Source: Nocardioides sp. (GTDB lineage Bacteria > Actinomycetota > Actinomycetes > Propionibacteriales > Nocardioidaceae). Taken from it: 64,000 nt of DNA. The number at the start of each line of letters is the position of its first letter. The stretch's first letter is position 1. Below, one piece after another: positions 63,502 through 64,000 of this stretch. The stretch is taken from NCBI GenBank assembly GCA_051306135.1, contig JBPPMQ010000158.1:429-64428 (forward strand). The letters are read 5' to 3'. Below the pieces are notes generated by a model. It saw nothing but the letters and a program-made list of their open reading frames with translations. It was not told where the DNA came from and did not search any database. The position numbers and the translations under genes were made by a program.

Positions 63502-64000
63502 CGAGGCTGACTCCGGAGCCCTGGAGTGTCTTGTTCACGTCCTCCACACTCAAGGCGCCTAGGCGCAACAGCCGGGGAGTCGGGCCGGTGGCGTCGATGA
63601 TCGTCGACGGCTCGCTGCCCGGGGTCGTCCCCGCGTCGACGATCACGGCGACCTTGTCGCCGAGCATCTGCTCGGCTTCCTCGGCGTCGGTCGCGGCCGG
63701 TTCACCGGACAGGTTCGCGCTGCTGACGGCCAACGGGCCGGTGCGCTCCAGGATCGCGAGGGCGACCTCGTGGTCCGGCATACGCACGGCGACGGTGCCC
63801 TTGGTCTCGCCCAGGTCCCATTTCAGGCTGGTCTGCTGACGGCACACGATGGTCAACGGGCCGGGCCAGTGGGCGTGGGTCAGCGCGGCGACCCAGTCGG
63901 GCACCTGGTCGGTGAGAGCAGCCATCGCCTCACGGTTGGACACCAGCACCGGCGGAGGCATGTCGCGACCCCGACCCTTGGCACTGAGCAGGTCTCGCAC
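63494..64000 (-). CDS. L-threonylcarbamoyladenylate synthase (TsaC/Sua5/YwlC family). The N-terminus is truncated by the window end.
   Basis: HWPGPLTIV, VAVRMPDH, SSANLSGEPA and PSTIID motifs. The ORF runs to the window edge. Confidence 0.85.
   Translation of the reverse strand: MRDLLSAKGRGRDMPPPVLVSNREAMAALTDQVPDWVAALTHAHWPGPLTIVCRQQTSLKWDLGETKGTVAVRMPDHEVALAILERTGPLAVSSANLSGEPAATDAEEAEQMLGDKVAVIVDAGTTPGSEPSTIIDATGPTPRLLRLGALSVEDVNKTLQGSGVSLDA

Overview
Very GC-rich chromosomal segment from an actinobacterium (Actinomycetota). Most of it is conserved core genome, and from memory the gene order parallels M. tuberculosis Rv2419c-Rv2427c and Rv1301-Rv1328. Core content, left to right: gpgP-like phosphatase, rsfS, nadD and proA; etfBA plus an enoyl-CoA hydratase; a complete GlgE alpha-glucan cluster (glgX, glgP, glgE, treS, pep2, glgB); dispersed ethylmalonyl-CoA pathway genes (thiolase, hbd, ccr, epimerase, meaA/ecm, meaB, PduO-type adenosyltransferase); nucS; ferritin; a SWIM-SNF2 helicase; and the full F1Fo ATP synthase operon followed by wecA and a partial tsaC. 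The non-core parts are the interesting ones. (1) The first ~2.3 kb is the end of an integrated mobile element (ArdA-like gene plus large serine recombinase) abutting tRNA-Ala(GGC), and the recombinase ORF has no stop codon before it runs antisense through the tRNA. (2) A ~1.5 kb cassette (7328-8855) carries a DUF559/Vsr-like nuclease-domain gene bracketed by mirror-image arrays of a 15-18 nt motif (TCACTGACGTTGTGG) built around long palindromes. The same motif family recurs at 30.1 kb and 35.0 kb, and an unrelated family with the same architecture sits at 41.5 kb. (3) The glucan locus contains three extra genes: a 1099-aa LPXTG surface protein with Cys-bracketed repeats, an uncharacterised 8-TM protein upstream of glgE, and a Nudix gene translationally coupled to glgB. 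(4) A small Cys-rich basic ORF lies behind an IdeR-like iron box upstream of ferritin. No CRISPR array, rRNA or recognisable defence operon was seen. Many long antisense ORFs in the track are GC-driven shadow ORFs. All family assignments come from reading motifs and recalled homologies, not from searches.
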